From NCBI GenBank assembly GCA_910585385.1, contig CAJUDV010000010.1:962-64961 (forward strand): DNA of 64,000 nucleotides, given 5' to 3'. This DNA comes from an uncultured Oscillibacter sp. (lineage in GTDB: Bacteria; Bacillota; Clostridia; Oscillospirales; Oscillospiraceae). A program made the position numbers and the translations under genes. This document shows, one piece after another, positions 9,701-17,363 of the stretch (positions within the stretch are counted from its first letter, which is position 1; the number at the start of each line of letters is the position of its first letter). The notes beneath the pieces are model-generated. The model was not told the DNA's origin. It did no database searches and saw nothing but the letters and a program-made list of their open reading frames with translations.

Positions 9701-11529
9701 TCCACGGCTCCGGCGATGACCTGACGCTCCTCCGCCGTCTCCGGCAGGAAGTTCAAAAGGTGCCGGAACAGCCGCAGGGCCGCCGCCTTCTGGGGGGCCT
9801 CCCCCCGGTCCAGCCACCAGGCGGCAAAGGAGGCCAGCAGGCCGCAGCTCCCCGGGTCCGCCCGCTCCAGGGGGGCGTTCATCACGGCGTCCAGCAGGGC
9901 AAAGGCCGCGTCCGGCTCCGCGGCGGCGGGGTCTTCATAGTGGCGCAGGAGCTCCGCGGCAAAGCGGGGGGCGTCCTTGCCGGAGCAGTCCCCCAGCAGA
10001 GCGTCCACCACGGTCTTGGCCTGGTAGCGGATCATACTGGTCTGGCGGGGGGTCAGGCGGCGGTCCGGGTGGATGAGCTTCTCCAGATACTCCGCCCACA
10101 GCTGGAAGGGCCGCTCCTCCAGGGGGTCCGGGGCCGCGCCGGCGGGCAGCTCCTTTTTGTAGCCGGAGAGAAACCCCGCCAGCACCCGGCCGATAAGGGC
10201 GGCGGCGTGGCGCCGGATGTCGCCGTCCGCCGACAGCAGCAGCTCGTAGAGAAAGTCCAGGGTCTGTTCCTTCTGCCCGGCGCTCCAATAGGTGAAGTAC
10301 TCGTCGAAGATGGCGACATACGCCCGCAGCCGCCCGGCGTCCTTCTCACTGCGGGCGGCCTCCAGCGTAGCCAGAAACAGGTGCTCCCGGCCCAGCCGGT
10401 GCATCAGGCGGATGTTGTGGTCCACGGCGGTATAGCGCAGGTAATACACCACCTGGTCCGGGGAGGCCAGGGCCGCGTCCCGCCGGGAGACCGGAGGCAC
10501 GCCGGAAGTCTCCAGGGTGGTGTCCACGCCGAAATAGGTCAGGTACTCCTCAAAGTCCCGGAGCTTGGCGTAGACGAACTGATACCGCCTCCGCTTGGCA
10601 TCGTCCACGTTGTCCAGCTTGCCCAGAATCACGTCAAAGGCGTCTTTCAGGGAGAAGAGCTCCGCAATCTCCCCGCCGTCGGCCCCCCGGGACTGCTTTA
10701 CCCGGAAGTCGGCGTACACCAGCACCAACGACTCCGCGGACAGATTCTCAATCTCCAGATCCCAGACAGAGTGGTTGGCGGCGATATGACCGATGGCGTG
10801 CAGGTTCCGGCGGGAGCACCAGAGGTCGGTGTAGTAGTAGTGGAGATAGGGCACCCGCTCCCCGGGCCTGCATCCGAATTTCCCGATGTCGTGGGCGGCG
10901 GCGGCGCCGCTCATGAGCCCCAGGTCAATGCGCCCGCCCCCGGCCTTGAAGGCCCGGGCCACGGTCATGGCGGCGTGGTGGACGCCGGCGATGTGCTCCA
11001 GGGTCCGGAAGGGCGTCGCCTCCCGGCCCAGGCGCAGCAGCTCGTAGACGTACTCCATCCGCAGCCGCTTTTGAAACAGGCGGTACTCCGCCGCCACGGC
11101 GCTGCCGGAGAGCTCCTCCTCCGTGCAGAAGGCGAAGTCCAGCCAGGGGTCAAAGGGCAGGGACTGCCGCTCGGCGTCAAAGAGCACCTGGAGGAACTGG
11201 AGAAAACACAGGGCCCCGTCCCACTGGGCGGAGGTGTGGGCCCCGTCCGCCCGGGGGTAGAGAAGGGACAGGGCCACCTGGTAGGCGCAGCGGAGCCACC
11301 CCTCCTCCGGCTCCGGGGCCAGGGCGTCCAGCATGGGGCGGAAGGACGCCAGCGCCTGGGCGCAGGTAAGCCGCTCCCGAATGGGGAGCAGGGGCGCCAA
11401 AGCGCCCTTCCAGTCGGCGGCGCCGAAGACCCGCCGGATGTCCTTGCGGCCAAATCCCAGTTTTTTCAAAAACGCCCGGTCGTTGAAGGTCTCCACCAGC
11501 TTGATCCGAAGGGCCTTTTCCTGTTCCAT
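6724..11529 (-). CDS. giant multidomain protein: HD domain + helical (HEAT-like) repeats + NadD/CoaD-type nucleotidyltransferase + GNAT-like segment + type-I phosphoribosyltransferase
   Basis: ORF 6724-11697; ATG 11529 (MEQEKAL) after GAAGAGG. Motifs: HHAAM...AAAHDIGKF (HD), FFPGTFDPFSLSHKG and ISSTRIRENI (class-I NTase), RPVMLVDDLLHSGNR (PRPP loop). Confidence 0.8.
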   Translation of the reverse strand: MEQEKALRIKLVETFNDRAFLKKLGFGRKDIRRVFGAADWKGALAPLLPIRERLTCAQALASFRPMLDALAPEPEEGWLRCAYQVALSLLYPRADGAHTSAQWDGALCFLQFLQVLFDAERQSLPFDPWLDFAFCTEEELSGSAVAAEYRLFQKRLRMEYVYELLRLGREATPFRTLEHIAGVHHAAMTVARAFKAGGGRIDLGLMSGAAAAHDIGKFGCRPGERVPYLHYYYTDLWCSRRNLHAIGHIAANHSVWDLEIENLSAESLVLVYADFRVKQSRGADGGEIAELFSLKDAFDVILGKLDNVDDAKRRRYQFVYAKLRDFEEYLTYFGVDTTLETSGVPPVSRRDAALASPDQVVYYLRYTAVDHNIRLMHRLGREHLFLATLEAARSEKDAGRLRAYVAIFDEYFTYWSAGQKEQTLDFLYELLLSADGDIRRHAAALIGRVLAGFLSGYKKELPAGAAPDPLEERPFQLWAEYLEKLIHPDRRLTPRQTSMIRYQAKTVVDALLGDCSGKDAPRFAAELLRHYEDPAAAEPDAAFALLDAVMNAPLERADPGSCGLLASFAAWWLDRGEAPQKAAALRLFRHLLNFLPETAEERQVIAGAVEAADCAASVPLLFLQVQLGERLGLDVSAKKTLLGRPGAASGVSLDNLKTATPWILKAAGVEYLLDQVERSGGANALHIATHFSNLIKVSEHVVVRRMAGAALLAIAPALTPDRRNEIAVEMAKALETGQAEISKYIPEYLGQFALWLTPRELDEVVVQMAVLLSSPNTDVVAAALATLGAMLEHYAAYAPRFGEGDAFAVRRRTLAGLLLKGLADRREAARQEALHILGGLFASKALGYEDKTSLFTLIGKKLLFLIGEQPEEELTFFYTAASLSHVYRFIVLHKIQSGPFQFEIPEKAAFFPGTFDPFSLSHKGIVQAIRNLGFEVYLAVDEFSWSKKAQPSLIRRQIVSMSVADEFDVYLFPHDIPVNLATPADLDRLRQVFAGQALYLAVGSDVVAGASSYRAPPAPGSVHFLNHIVFRRSSDAEGREIDADLSCLRGDVLQLQLPTHLEDISSTRIRENIDLGRDISNLIEPSVQDYIYRNSLYLREPQYKQVVRAGFLDFERIPHPDAALWEELRAMAAAERRPLPEPDPRDGVLILRHTRSGERILGFLTLRTVSDRELYGALGDGDLADAVRCRAAGRIRLLTGLYLARVPGGGYDAGQLLLTEALSQAMGEDCGYAAWYGAAPAAEVLDLLARQGFVSIAGTEERPLLLVDMRSPAVLLQNIPTTLKEPFSSDLQVLASIQKAHHQLQRAICGLYPGALVLSLNAGVIYHRLVGKLTVLNGVPAEPTSPRVLGPKMCVPFGKILRGSAVPNTVTKTIHTDKVFAPDLRSFTIEAFPGYAPLESQIRTIRSFRRPVMLVDDLLHSGNRIQVLDPLFRREGVDVDRCVVGLLSGRGRDLMAARGREVDSVYYIPNMRAWFVESTMYPFIGGDTVGGARASVPGLTPAVNLILPYAFPKFYKECGREAVFAFSRTCLENSRGILLALESAYRERYARNLTLSRLSEAVILPLSPDKGGCLRYDASQPASMCVENDLKMLLRMRELLE

Positions 11530-11739
11530 CGCGCACCTCTTCTCCGCCCGGTTCGGGCGGGGGATTTTTTTCATCATACCATATCCGGCAGGGGGAGGGA
11601 AGCGGAAATTTCGGCTGCCGGACCTCATGGGAAACGCCGGGCGCATTTCATGCGCCCGCGGTACGGCGGCATGCCGCGTAAGTCCCGCAGAGGGCAAACG
11701 GGCAAAAGCTTCGGCCGGCGGAAGAATTTCCGCCGGCCG

Positions 11740-11826
11740 GGGGATTATTTGAAAAATAACGGAATGCCCGGCGGCGAGAGATCTTTTCGCCGGGAGGGGT
11801 GGAAAAGATCTCTCGCCGGTTTTTGA
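11740..11826. repeat. degenerate copy of the intergenic inverted-repeat element family, containing a + strand terminator-like hairpin
   Basis: TATTTGAAAAATAACGGAATGCCCGG resembles the arm GTTTGAAAATTGGCGGAATGCCGG at 60660. A 16-bp stem pairs 11772-11787 with 11803-11818, then GTTTTTG. GAAAAGATCTCTCGCCG resembles 26328-26345. Confidence 0.45.
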
Positions 11827-12058
11827 GGGGCAAACAGCCCCCGATCAAATTTTCAGCGCAGCACCGTATAGCGGCCATAGGAGACAAACGCCACCGGAGC
11901 TTCCACCGCCTCCAGCAAAGCCTGACCGGGATCAGACAGCGGAGGGGGTTCCTCGGGAACAAAGTTCAGAAATTTGCAGCTGTCGGGGATGCTGAGCGGA
12001 AGCACCGTCCCTCAGTCTTCTGCCGACTCGAATGGAATTTGAATTGTCCGAGCCATGT

Positions 12059-12100
12059 CTAGGCCTTGTTTGAAAAATGTCAAACGGCGATAAAAAAACG
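12059..12100. repeat. single-arm copy of the intergenic inverted-repeat element family
   Basis: CTAGGCCTTGTTTGAAAAATGTCAAACGG nearly matches the arm at 51472 (TTAGGCCTTGTTTGAAAAATGTCAAAACG). Confidence 0.55.
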
Positions 12101-12126
12101 AGCCGCTCCCCTTCAAGGGGGCGGCC
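12092..12126 (-). terminator. rho-independent terminator of the rhomboid-like gene
   Basis: Minus strand reads GCCGCCCC-ttgaa-GGGGAGCGGC then TCGTTTTTTTAT, 15 nt after the stop at 12141. Confidence 0.6.
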
Positions 12127-12140
12127 CGTCGCGGCTTTGC

Positions 12141-13034
12141 TCACTCGGTAAAATGCGTATGGGTGAAGATATGGTCCTGACAGAAGCAATGGTACCCCTG
12201 GCACCGGGAGCAGTACCGGAATTCCAGTTCCGGCCACTCCGTGTCCGTCCGCCCGCAGACGGCGCACTTGTGGCGGTAGCCCCGCTCCTCCTCCCGCTTT
12301 TTCTGCTGCCTGGCGGCGGCCTTAAACTGGATGGTCTGGTGGGAGGTCTGGTGCCGGGCCCGGCCCCGCCGCCAGGCGATCTCATCAGTGATGTTGGTCC
12401 AGAAGAAGACGATGAAATTCAAGATGGCGATGACGGGCAGCAGCGCCCCCAGGAGACTTCCGCTCAGTAGGCTCAGCAGCACCTGGAGGGCGAAGTAGGC
12501 CGCGTCAAACCAGGCCAGCCACTTCACCTTCACCGGGATGAAGAAGAACAGCAGGAACTGGGTGTCCGGGTACAGCATGGCGAAGGCGAAGAACATGGAG
12601 AGGTTGATGTAGTGGGCCCCGGCGATGTGGGCCGTGCCGGCCAGCAGGCCGATAACGGCGCCGGTGACAACCGTCAGAACGACGCCGGAGATATAGTAGA
12701 GGCTGAATTTGGCGGTCCCCCACTCCCGCTCCAATGTGGAGCCGATCATGTAGTAGAGGTGGAGGAAAAACACCATCCAGATGGCGTCCCTCAGGCTGTA
12801 ATAGCCCGGGAAGAAGAGGAAGGTCACCAGCCGCCAGACCTCCCCGTGGGTGATGGCGCGCCAGTCGAAGGTCAGAAAGCTGACGGCTCCGTACCCGGCG
12901 AACACGGTCAGCAGGTATACGACGACATTGCCGGCAACCACGTACATCATCAGGTTCGGAATGCCGAAATTGGGGTGGCTGTACGCGAAGCGGTCCACCG
13001 CGCGGTTGAGCTTTTTCAAAGGGAATCCCTCCAA
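12141..13034 (-). CDS. rhomboid-like polytopic membrane protein with C-terminal Cys/His zinc-ribbon tail
   Basis: Rhomboid-like WRLVTFLFFP...LHLYYMIGSTLEREWG and YYISGVV. The tail is HKCAVCGRTD...YCSRCQGYHCFCQDHIFTHTH. Start is TTG 13034 or TTG 13019 (RBS GGAGGG). Confidence 0.6.
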   Translation of the reverse strand: MEGFPLKKLNRAVDRFAYSHPNFGIPNLMMYVVAGNVVVYLLTVFAGYGAVSFLTFDWRAITHGEVWRLVTFLFFPGYYSLRDAIWMVFFLHLYYMIGSTLEREWGTAKFSLYYISGVVLTVVTGAVIGLLAGTAHIAGAHYINLSMFFAFAMLYPDTQFLLFFFIPVKVKWLAWFDAAYFALQVLLSLLSGSLLGALLPVIAILNFIVFFWTNITDEIAWRRGRARHQTSHQTIQFKAAARQQKKREEERGYRHKCAVCGRTDTEWPELEFRYCSRCQGYHCFCQDHIFTHTHFTE

Positions 13035-13154
13035 AATGTGGAATTGGGCACACAGAGCAATAAATTATTATACCCTCTTTCCCACTAAAAGTCATGTACA
13101 ATTTTTAAACGTTGCAAAAAAGTGAATTTTTGTAAAAAATCCAGAAAAGGGTCC

Positions 13155-13183
13155 TTGACAAATTCCAGAAAGTTGACTAAGAT
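13155..13183 (+). promoter_or_regulatory. promoter of the metK leader
   Basis: TTGACA (13155-13160), 17 nt, TAAGAT (13178-13183). Confidence 0.5.
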
Positions 13184-13199
13184 AATAGAGACAATTTCA

Positions 13200-13300
13200 T
13201 CATCCCTTATCAAGAGTGGCGGAGGGACCGGCCCTGTGAAGCCACGGCAACCTGTTTTTCAAGGTGCCAAATCCGGCGGATACCGACAGATGAGGAGCGG
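13200..13300 (+). promoter_or_regulatory. SAM-I (S-box) riboswitch aptamer
   Basis: CTTATCAAGAGTGGCGGAGGGACCGGCCCTGTGAAGCCACGGCAACC...GGTGCCAAATCCGGCGG...CAGATGAGGAG matches the S-box core and lies directly upstream of metK. Confidence 0.85.
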
Positions 13301-13311
13301 AAAGATCATTT

Positions 13312-13346
13312 CGCGCGTTTCGCCTGTCGAAACGCGTGTTTTTTCT
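13312..13346 (+). terminator. riboswitch expression-platform terminator
   Basis: CGCGTTTCG-cctgt-CGAAACGCG followed by TGTTTTTTCT. Confidence 0.75.
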
Positions 13347-13380
13347 GCCTCCGCGACAAACAAAAAAGGAGACGAATACT

Positions 13381-14568
13381 ATGGCAAGACATTACCTGTT
13401 CACTTCCGAGTCCGTGACCGAGGGTCACCCCGACAAAATCTGCGACCAGATCTCCGACGCCGTGCTGGACGCCATCCTGGCCCAGGACCCCCAGGGCCGC
13501 GTGGCCTGCGAGACCACGGCCTGCACCGGGCTGATTCACGTCATGGGCGAGATCACCACCAAGTGCTATGTGGACATCGACAAGATCGCCCGGGAGGTGG
13601 TCCGGGACATCGGCTATGACCGGGGCAAATACGGCTTTGACTGCGACACCTGCGCCGTCATCACCTCTGTGGACGAACAGTCCCCGGACATCGCCATGGG
13701 CGTGGACAAATCCCTGGAGAGCAAGACCGGCGAGACGGACGAGCTGAGCCACGGCGCCGGCGACCAGGGCATGATGTTCGGCTACGCCTGCGACGAGACG
13801 CCGGAGCTGATGCCCCTGCCCCTGGCCCTCGCCCAGAAGCTCTGCAAGCAGATGACCCTGGTGCGCAAGACCGGCATCCTCCCCTACATGCGGCCCGACG
13901 GCAAGAGCCAGGTGACGGTGGAGTACGACGAGTCCGGCCGCCCCGTCCGGGTGGACACCGTGGTCATCTCCACCCAGCACAACCCCGACGTCACCCTGGA
14001 CCAGATCCGGCAGGATATGATCCAGCAGGTGGTGAAGGTGGTTATCCCCGCCGACATGCTGGATGAGAACACCAAATACTACGTGAACCCCACCGGCCGC
14101 TTCGTCAAGGGCGGTCCCGCGGCGGACGCAGGCCTCACGGGCCGGAAGATCATTGTGGATACATACGGCGGCAGCGCCCCCCACGGCGGCGGCTGCTTCT
14201 CCGGCAAGGACCCCACCAAGGTGGACCGCTCCGCCGCCTACGCCGCCCGGTGGGTGGCCAAAAACATTGTGGCGGCGGGCCTTGCAAGGCGCTGCCAGAT
14301 GGAGCTGGCCTACGCCATCGGCGTGGCCCAGCCGGTGAGCATCCTGGTGGAGACCTTCGGCACCGGCGCCGTGGACGACGGCAAGCTGGAGGAGGCCGTC
14401 CGCAAGGTGTTTGACCTGCGGCCCACCGCCATCATCCGTGACCTGGACCTGCGCAAGCCCATCTACCGCAAGCTGGCGGCTTACGGCCACATGGGCCGGG
14501 AGGACCTGGGCGTGACCTGGGAGAAGACCGACCGGGCGGAGGCTCTGAAGGCCGCCGTGGCGGAGTAA
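13381..14568 (+). CDS. metK: S-adenosylmethionine synthetase
   Basis: [30 protein letters not shown] and [16 protein letters not shown] are canonical MetK motifs. ATG 13381 follows AAAGGAG. Confidence 0.95.
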   Translation: MARHYLFTSESVTEGHPDKICDQISDAVLDAILAQDPQGRVACETTACTGLIHVMGEITTKCYVDIDKIAREVVRDIGYDRGKYGFDCDTCAVITSVDEQSPDIAMGVDKSLESKTGETDELSHGAGDQGMMFGYACDETPELMPLPLALAQKLCKQMTLVRKTGILPYMRPDGKSQVTVEYDESGRPVRVDTVVISTQHNPDVTLDQIRQDMIQQVVKVVIPADMLDENTKYYVNPTGRFVKGGPAADAGLTGRKIIVDTYGGSAPHGGGCFSGKDPTKVDRSAAYAARWVAKNIVAAGLARRCQMELAYAIGVAQPVSILVETFGTGAVDDGKLEEAVRKVFDLRPTAIIRDLDLRKPIYRKLAAYGHMGREDLGVTWEKTDRAEALKAAVAE

Positions 14569-14580
14569 TACCGAGAAAAA

Positions 14581-14615
14581 ACAGGCGGCCCCCGGCGTTC
14601 CGGGGGCCGCCCTGT
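14581..14615. terminator. bidirectional terminator (metK / tetR-family gene)
   Basis: ACAGGCGGCCCCCGG-cgtt-CCGGGGGCCGCCCTGT between convergent stops. Confidence 0.65.
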
Positions 14616-14633
14616 CATATCTCCGGCCGGTGG

Positions 14634-15248
14634 TCAGCCCTCTGCGGTCTCCCCGCTCCGGGCCCGGTAGCTCTCCAGGAACATGGGGGTCACGCTGTCG
14701 GTGTAGGCCACCAGGGAGTACTCCCCGCCGCAGAGGCACCAGTCGTACAGCAGAGCCCGCTCCCACAGGGCGTAGGCCTTTACGATGTCGTTCACCGTCC
14801 GGTCCGTCCGCAGCTGCCCCTCCTGCTGGCCCTGGGCGATGATCCGCCGCAGCAGCTTGAAGTAGGTGCGATTCCGGTCCAGCAGGTGCTTCTCTCCCCG
14901 GGCCAGCAGCTGTGTGGACAGCAGCCGGGCCAAAAGGTCCATGGAGACGCCGCCGTCGATCATGGCGAAGAGCTCGTGGTTCAGGTACGCCAGCTTCTCC
15001 ATGGCGTCCAGCGCGGGGTCCATGACCTTCATCAGCTCCTCGTACTTCTCGTCGAACACGTTGGCCAGGGTTCCCAGCAGCGCGTCCTTGCCGTCAAAAT
15101 AGTGGTAAAAAGAGCCCTTGGAAGTCTCCGACTCAAACACGATGTCCTCCACGGTAGTCTCCTCGTAGCCCTGCTCGTAAAACAGCTTCCAGGCCGCGGA
15201 GATGATCCGCCCCTTGGTGTTGCGGGTGTTTTTCCTGGGCACAGGCAC
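14634..15248 (-). CDS. TetR/AcrR family transcriptional regulator
   Basis: GRIISAAWKLFYEQGYEETTVEDIVFESETSKGSFYHYFDGKDALL is a TetR HTH. Start is GTG 15248 or GTG 15242. Confidence 0.85.
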   Translation of the reverse strand: MPVPRKNTRNTKGRIISAAWKLFYEQGYEETTVEDIVFESETSKGSFYHYFDGKDALLGTLANVFDEKYEELMKVMDPALDAMEKLAYLNHELFAMIDGGVSMDLLARLLSTQLLARGEKHLLDRNRTYFKLLRRIIAQGQQEGQLRTDRTVNDIVKAYALWERALLYDWCLCGGEYSLVAYTDSVTPMFLESYRARSGETAEG

Positions 15249-15305
15249 GCCCCCTCTCTTTTTCCCAGCATATCACATTCCGGGGCGATGCGCAAATCAA
15301 AATAC

Positions 15306-15349
15306 TCTACGGAGCGTAGATTGCTTTTTTAAAAGAGCATCCTGTATAA
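15306..15349 (+). promoter_or_regulatory. divergent promoter region with short palindrome (possible TetR operator)
   Basis: TCTACG-gag-CGTAGA (15306-15320) abuts TTGCTT, followed by TGTATAAT (about 15342-15349). Confidence 0.35.
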
Positions 15350-15457
15350 TGGCCCCAATGGACAACTCCGGCTCCGTGTCTCCGCCGCTTCTGAAAGGCG
15401 GGACGGGAAAAACCGGGGAAAACGCAAATTGGGAAATCACACAAGGAGGCACGGCAC

Positions 15458-16042
15458 ATGGACCACACCAAGATCGGAGGCCTGATCCGCCGTCTGCGGC
15501 AGGAGCGGGGACTGACCCAGCGCCAGCTGGCGGAGCGGATGGGCATCAGCGACAAAACCGTCAGCAAGTGGGAGCGGGGCATGGGCTGTCCCGACCTGTC
15601 CCTCCTGCCGGAGCTGTCCGATATTTTTCGCGTCGATCTGGACCAGCTCCTGACCGGGGAGCTGGACGCCCGAGAGGCGCTAGGAGGAAACATGAAAAAG
15701 ACAGCGTTTTATATCTGCCCGGACTGCGGCAATGTGGTGGCCGCCATGGCAGACGCCGCCGTCTCCTGCTGCGGCAAGCGGCTGGAGGCGTCCCAGCCCC
15801 AAAAGGCGGAGGGAGAGGACCGCCTCACTGTGGAGACGGTGGAAAACGACCTCTTCATCACATCCGGCCACCCCATGTCTAAGGACCACTATATCACCTT
15901 CGCGGCCCTGCTCACCGGGGACAGCCTCATACTCCGCAGGCAGTACCCGGAATGGGGCCTCCAGGTGCGGCTCCCCGCCATCGGCCACGGACGGCTGCTG
16001 TGGTGCTGCTCCCGGCACGGTCTCTTCTATCAGCTGGTATAG
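15458..16042 (+). CDS. XRE-family HTH fused to desulfoferrodoxin-like domains
   Basis: N-terminus LRQERGLTQRQLAERMGISDKTVSKWERG (HTH_3). Then CPDC-x13-CC (desulforedoxin-type). Then GHPMSKDHYI and CSRHGLF (SOR centre II-like). RBS AAGGAGG. Confidence 0.75.
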   Translation: MDHTKIGGLIRRLRQERGLTQRQLAERMGISDKTVSKWERGMGCPDLSLLPELSDIFRVDLDQLLTGELDAREALGGNMKKTAFYICPDCGNVVAAMADAAVSCCGKRLEASQPQKAEGEDRLTVETVENDLFITSGHPMSKDHYITFAALLTGDSLILRRQYPEWGLQVRLPAIGHGRLLWCCSRHGLFYQLV

Positions 16043-16053
16043 CCGCAGGCTGC

Positions 16054-16090
16054 GGCGGCCATCCCGCGGGATGGCCGCCATTTTTATTTG
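16054..16090 (+). terminator. rho-independent terminator
   Basis: GGCGGCCATCCC-gcg-GGATGGCCGCC followed by ATTTTTATTT. Confidence 0.7.
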
Positions 16091-16312
16091 GCGGCAGCAT
16101 TATTTGCATTGTTTTCAGCACGTTTTTGGGTTTTACATGATTCTGAGTGCTGTTATGATAGAGAACAGGGAAAAACTGGTGGAATCCAGGGGGGAATCAA
16201 GGTATCATGAAGGGGCCGGATTCGCCCGCTGCGGCAGCTGCGAATGATGGCGGAGCCCCGCACGGCGGGGGCTCTATCTTGATTTGAGCGCCGCTGGCGC
16301 GCGGAGGCTTTT

Positions 16313-17152
16313 ATGAAATTCTGGAAAATGAACGGCGCGGGCAACGACTTTCTCATTCTGAACAACCTGGAGGAGCGCCTTCCTGCGGAGGCATTTCCCC
16401 GCCTGGCCCGGACGCTGTGCGAGCGGCACCTCTCCATCGGGGCGGACGGCCTCATGGTGGTGGAGGCCCCTGTCCAGGGCGGCGACTACAAAATGCTGTT
16501 CTTCAACTCCGACGGAACCATGGGGGAGATGTGCGGCAACGGCGCCCGGTGCATCTGCCGCTACGGCTGCGAGGCGGGTCTTGCCGGGGAGACCCAGCGG
16601 GTGGAGACCACCGCCGGCATGGTGACAGGACAGCGTATCGACCGCCGCCGCTACCGGGTCCGCCTCAACGACCCCACCGCCATCCGCCTGGACTATCCCG
16701 TGGAGGTTGACGGCGTCACGTATCCCTGCGCCTATGTGGAGCTGGGGAACCCCGGCCTGCCCCACGCGGCGGTGCCCTTCCAGGGCCTGCGGGACACAGA
16801 CGCAGACATGCTGCGGGAGCTGGGCCGCAGGCTCCGCTGGCACCCCGCCTTCCCCAAAGGGGCCAATGTGAACTTCTACGAGCTCACCGGCCAGGACCAG
16901 CTTTACGAGCACACCTTTGAGCGGGGCGTGGAGGATTTCACCTACGCCTGCGGCACCGGCACCGGCTCTGTTGTGACGGTGCTGACCCTCCAGGGCCTGG
17001 TCTCCGGCCGCAACGTCCGGGCCCAAATGCCCGGCGGGGAGCTGGTCATCGACGTGGAGCGGGAGGGGGACCGCGTCACGGACCTCTATCTCACCGGTCC
17101 TACCAACATCGTCTGCAAGGGCGAGATTACCGACGAGGAGCTGTCCCTGTAA
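16313..17152 (+). CDS. dapF: diaminopimelate epimerase
   Basis: MKFWKMNGAGNDFLILNN, GADGLMVV and MCGNGARC are DapF signatures. Confidence 0.9.
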   Translation: MKFWKMNGAGNDFLILNNLEERLPAEAFPRLARTLCERHLSIGADGLMVVEAPVQGGDYKMLFFNSDGTMGEMCGNGARCICRYGCEAGLAGETQRVETTAGMVTGQRIDRRRYRVRLNDPTAIRLDYPVEVDGVTYPCAYVELGNPGLPHAAVPFQGLRDTDADMLRELGRRLRWHPAFPKGANVNFYELTGQDQLYEHTFERGVEDFTYACGTGTGSVVTVLTLQGLVSGRNVRAQMPGGELVIDVEREGDRVTDLYLTGPTNIVCKGEITDEELSL

Positions 17153-17200
17153 CCCAGGGGTCCCCATGTCCTCCTCCGCGGTGGTTCTGGCCCGCCCACC

Positions 17201-17340
17201 GGGCCCTGCTTGATAAACGGCGGAACGCTGGAAGTCAAATCAACGCAGTCCTGGCGGAAAGAGCTGCCCCAATCCGGCATTCCGCCAATTTTCAAACAAG
17301 GCCTAAGCGTTTTGATCTGTTTCAAGCAAGGCCCGCTCTC
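17201..17340. repeat. copy of the intergenic inverted-repeat element family (plus an extra degenerate half-copy)
   Basis: 17267-17306 is the exact reverse complement of 60651-60690 (40/40). 17232-17260 is identical to 60743-60771 (29/29). The left end GGCCCTGCTTGATAAA is degenerate. A further arm, GTTTCAAGCAAGGCCC, lies at about 17320. Confidence 0.7.
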
Positions 17341-17363
17341 AATCAAAAACAGGAGGAACCACT

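Noticed and set aside
8764-11826. A 1,020-aa plus-strand ORF antisense to the giant gene, and similar long shadow ORFs (6658-8676 +, 675-2270 -, 301-1632 -, 31931-33712 -, 35907-37721 -, 44499-46136 -, 55090-56562 -, 58455-59945 -, 28469-30538 +)
   Set aside because: These are typical high-G+C shadow frames. The translations are Gly/Arg/Pro/His/Gln low-complexity with no motifs. Each lies wholly opposite a gene with clear family signatures and GC3-rich codon usage.
16131-16312. Lysine (L-box) riboswitch or other known leader upstream of dapF
   Set aside because: There is a TTTACA/TATGAT promoter candidate and a GGAGCCCCGC-acg-GCGGGGGCTC hairpin. The conserved L-box cores (AGAGGnGC, GGGG..CGCCGAAG, CUGUCA) are absent, and the U-tract is poor.
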